A stretch of DNA of 64,000 bases from a virus. Its lineage: Duplodnaviria > Caudoviricetes. A program made the position numbers and the translations under genes. The DNA is taken from positions 182,685 through 246,684 of IMG/VR virus record IMGVR_UViG_3300037067_027684. One strand, given 5' to 3'. Below, piece by piece: positions 62,264 to 64,000 of the stretch (positions are counted from its first letter, which is position 1; each line of letters begins with the position of its first letter). Below the pieces are notes generated by a model. That model did not search any database and was not told where the DNA came from. It saw nothing but the letters and a program-made list of their open reading frames with translations.

Positions 62264-64000
62264 ATGGATTATGATCTGTATTTATATAAGCAAATTGAGA
62301 AATGGTTGGAACATCGTTTATTAGGTATCCAGGCCGGATCTGGAACTGGTCCAACTGGTCCTGGTGGTGGCGGAACTGGTCCAACTGGTCCTGGTGGTGG
62401 AGGGACTGGCCCGACTGGGGCATCTTCTACAGTTACTGGCCCGACCGGAGCTGGTTCGACCACTGGACCTACGGGTCCTGGAAGTGGGACTGGGCCAACT
62501 GGAGCAGATTCTATCGTTACTGGCCCTACCGGCACAAGCACTACTGGCCCTACTGGTGTTCCTAGCATAATAACTGGTCCTACTGGTTCTGGATCAACTG
62601 GTCCGACTGGCGCGGATTCAACAATAACTGGCCCGACTGGCGCGGATTCAACTACTGGACCAACCGGCTCTGGAATCACAGGCCCAACTGGCTTAGACTC
62701 TAATATAACAGGTCCTACTGGTAGTGTTGGTCCGACAGGCGATGTCATAACAGGGCCAACTGGTTTCGGGAGTGGCACGGGTCCAACTGGCCCAACTATT
62801 ACCGGTCCTACTGGTTCTGGTTCAACAGGTCCTACTGGTACAGATTCTATAGTGACTGGTCCTACTGGTGCTGGGTCAACTACAGGTCCAACAGGATCTG
62901 GGAGTACTGGTCCAACTGGTGCTGATAATACTATAACTGGTCCGACAGGTTCTGGAATTACAGGACCAACAGGAGCAGATTCAAATGTAACAGGTCCTAC
63001 GGGAGATCAAGGACCAACAGGAAATGGGATTACTGGCCCAACAGGATTCGGGAGTGGAACAGGTCCAACAGGTCCTGTTGTTACTGGTCCTACTGGCGCT
63101 GGGGCTACTGGCCCCACTGGCGCTGATTCCTTAATTACAGGGCCAACAGGAGCAATCCAAACAGGACCAACTGGTGCTGAAAGTACCATAACAGGTCCAA
63201 CTGGATTTATTGGTCCCACCGGTTCGGATTCTTTGATTACTGGTCCAACTGGGGCTGGTTATACTGGTCCTACTGGTTCTGGTTCAACTGGTCCTACTGG
63301 TTCTGGTTCAACTGGTCCAACTGGTGCTGATTCTAACATAACTGGTCCTACTGGTTCTGGTTCAACTGGTCCTACTGGTGCTGATAGTATAATTACTGGT
63401 CCTACTGGTTCTGGTTCAACTGGCCCAACTGGCGCTGATTCTAATATAACTGGCCCAACTGGGGCTAATTCCATAATGACAGGCCCAACTGGGCCGGCAC
63501 AGACAGGTCCTACAGGCACAGATAGTGTCATTACTGGACCAACGGGTTTTGGTATGACTGGTATGACTGGTCCGACTGGTCCGACTGGTTCTGATTCTAA
63601 TGTAACAGGCCCAACTGGACCAGTTCAGACTGGCCCAACTGGTGGGGTTGGTGCGACTGGTCCCGGTATAACTGTCACTGGCGACACTTACCACGGCGAC
63701 ATGATTTACTATGACTCCGAAACAGGCTGGACTGTTCTGCCCGCTGGAGCCTTGGGTTGTGTTCTCATTAGCCAGGGTAACGAGGGCGATCCGTTCTGGG
63801 GTTACATGGCGACTGGCCCGACTGGTGCAACCGGACCTACGGGACGGACTGGTCCGACAGGTGTGACAGGTCCGGTTCAGACAGGTCCGACAGGTTCGAG
63901 TGGAATAGATGGTATAACCGGTCCAGAAGGTCCTTCCGGTAATACCGGTCCTACTGGTCCTCAAGGAAATCCTGGAATAGATGGTATAACCGGTCCAGAA
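62264..64000 (+). CDS. collagen-like GPT-repeat fibre protein (runs off the window)
   Basis: ATG at 62264 after GAGG; [23 protein letters not shown] followed by dozens of TGPTG repeats with a non-repetitive GDMIYYD..W..LPAG..G.VL insert. Confidence 0.85.
   Translation, partial: MDYDLYLYKQIEKWLEHRLLGIQAGSGTGPTGPGGGGTGPTGPGGGGTGPTGASSTVTGPTGAGSTTGPTGPGSGTGPTGADSIVTGPTGTSTTGPTGVPSIITGPTGSGSTGPTGADSTITGPTGADSTTGPTGSGITGPTGLDSNITGPTGSVGPTGDVITGPTGFGSGTGPTGPTITGPTGSGSTGPTGTDSIVTGPTGAGSTTGPTGSGSTGPTGADNTITGPTGSGITGPTGADSNVTGPTGDQGPTGNGITGPTGFGSGTGPTGPVVTGPTGAGATGPTGADSLITGPTGAIQTGPTGAESTITGPTGFIGPTGSDSLITGPTGAGYTGPTGSGSTGPTGSGSTGPTGADSNITGPTGSGSTGPTGADSIITGPTGSGSTGPTGADSNITGPTGANSIMTGPTGPAQTGPTGTDSVITGPTGFGMTGMTGPTGPTGSDSNVTGPTGPVQTGPTGGVGATGPGITVTGDTYHGDMIYYDSETGWTVLPAGALGCVLISQGNEGDPFWGYMATGPTGATGPTGRTGPTGVTGPVQTGPTGSSGIDGITGPEGPSGNTGPTGPQGNPGIDGITGPE

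Noticed and set aside
62269-63964. Minus-strand PVG-repeat ORFs and the N-terminal extension of 61128..62423
   Set aside because: These are antisense shadows of the plus-strand GPT-repeat gene.
1-64000. Stop-codon reassignment as the cause of the many short ORFs
   Set aside because: Conserved genes (ligase, dcd, purZ) are full length in code 11, and the short ORFs have their own RBSs and end in all three stop codons.

Overview
This window looks like part of a large (jumbo-type) tailed phage genome. Bases 1-44.2 kb are a dense minus-strand run of more than 100 short genes with strong Shine-Dalgarno sites, mostly hypothetical. Recognisable products there include S1, ParB-like, SpoT-type HD, adenine methyltransferase, Lar, Rnl5-type RNA ligase, DUF550, sulfotransferase-like and TraR/DksA zinc-finger proteins. 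Orientation and base skew change near 44.5 kb. The right part encodes a broken nucS, a nucleotidyltransferase, two head-to-head sigma-like factors (one resembling T4 gp55), a nucleotide-metabolism cluster with a PurZ-type synthetase (possible 2-aminoadenine genome), a BNR/sialidase-fold protein and a GPT-repeat fibre. The main observation is an RNA-level system at 30.8-44.5 kb that the ORF track does not show. It has nine circularly permuted twister ribozymes with compensatory base changes, most placed between a stop codon and the next RBS. It also has 12 perfect TTTCC-N5-GGAAA dyads (five inside ribozyme P3 stems), a tRNA body whose anticodon loop is replaced by a 107-nt kissing-loop domain, and a repeated bipartite promoter-like motif. 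All assignments come from reading the sequence by eye; no searches or folding programs were run.
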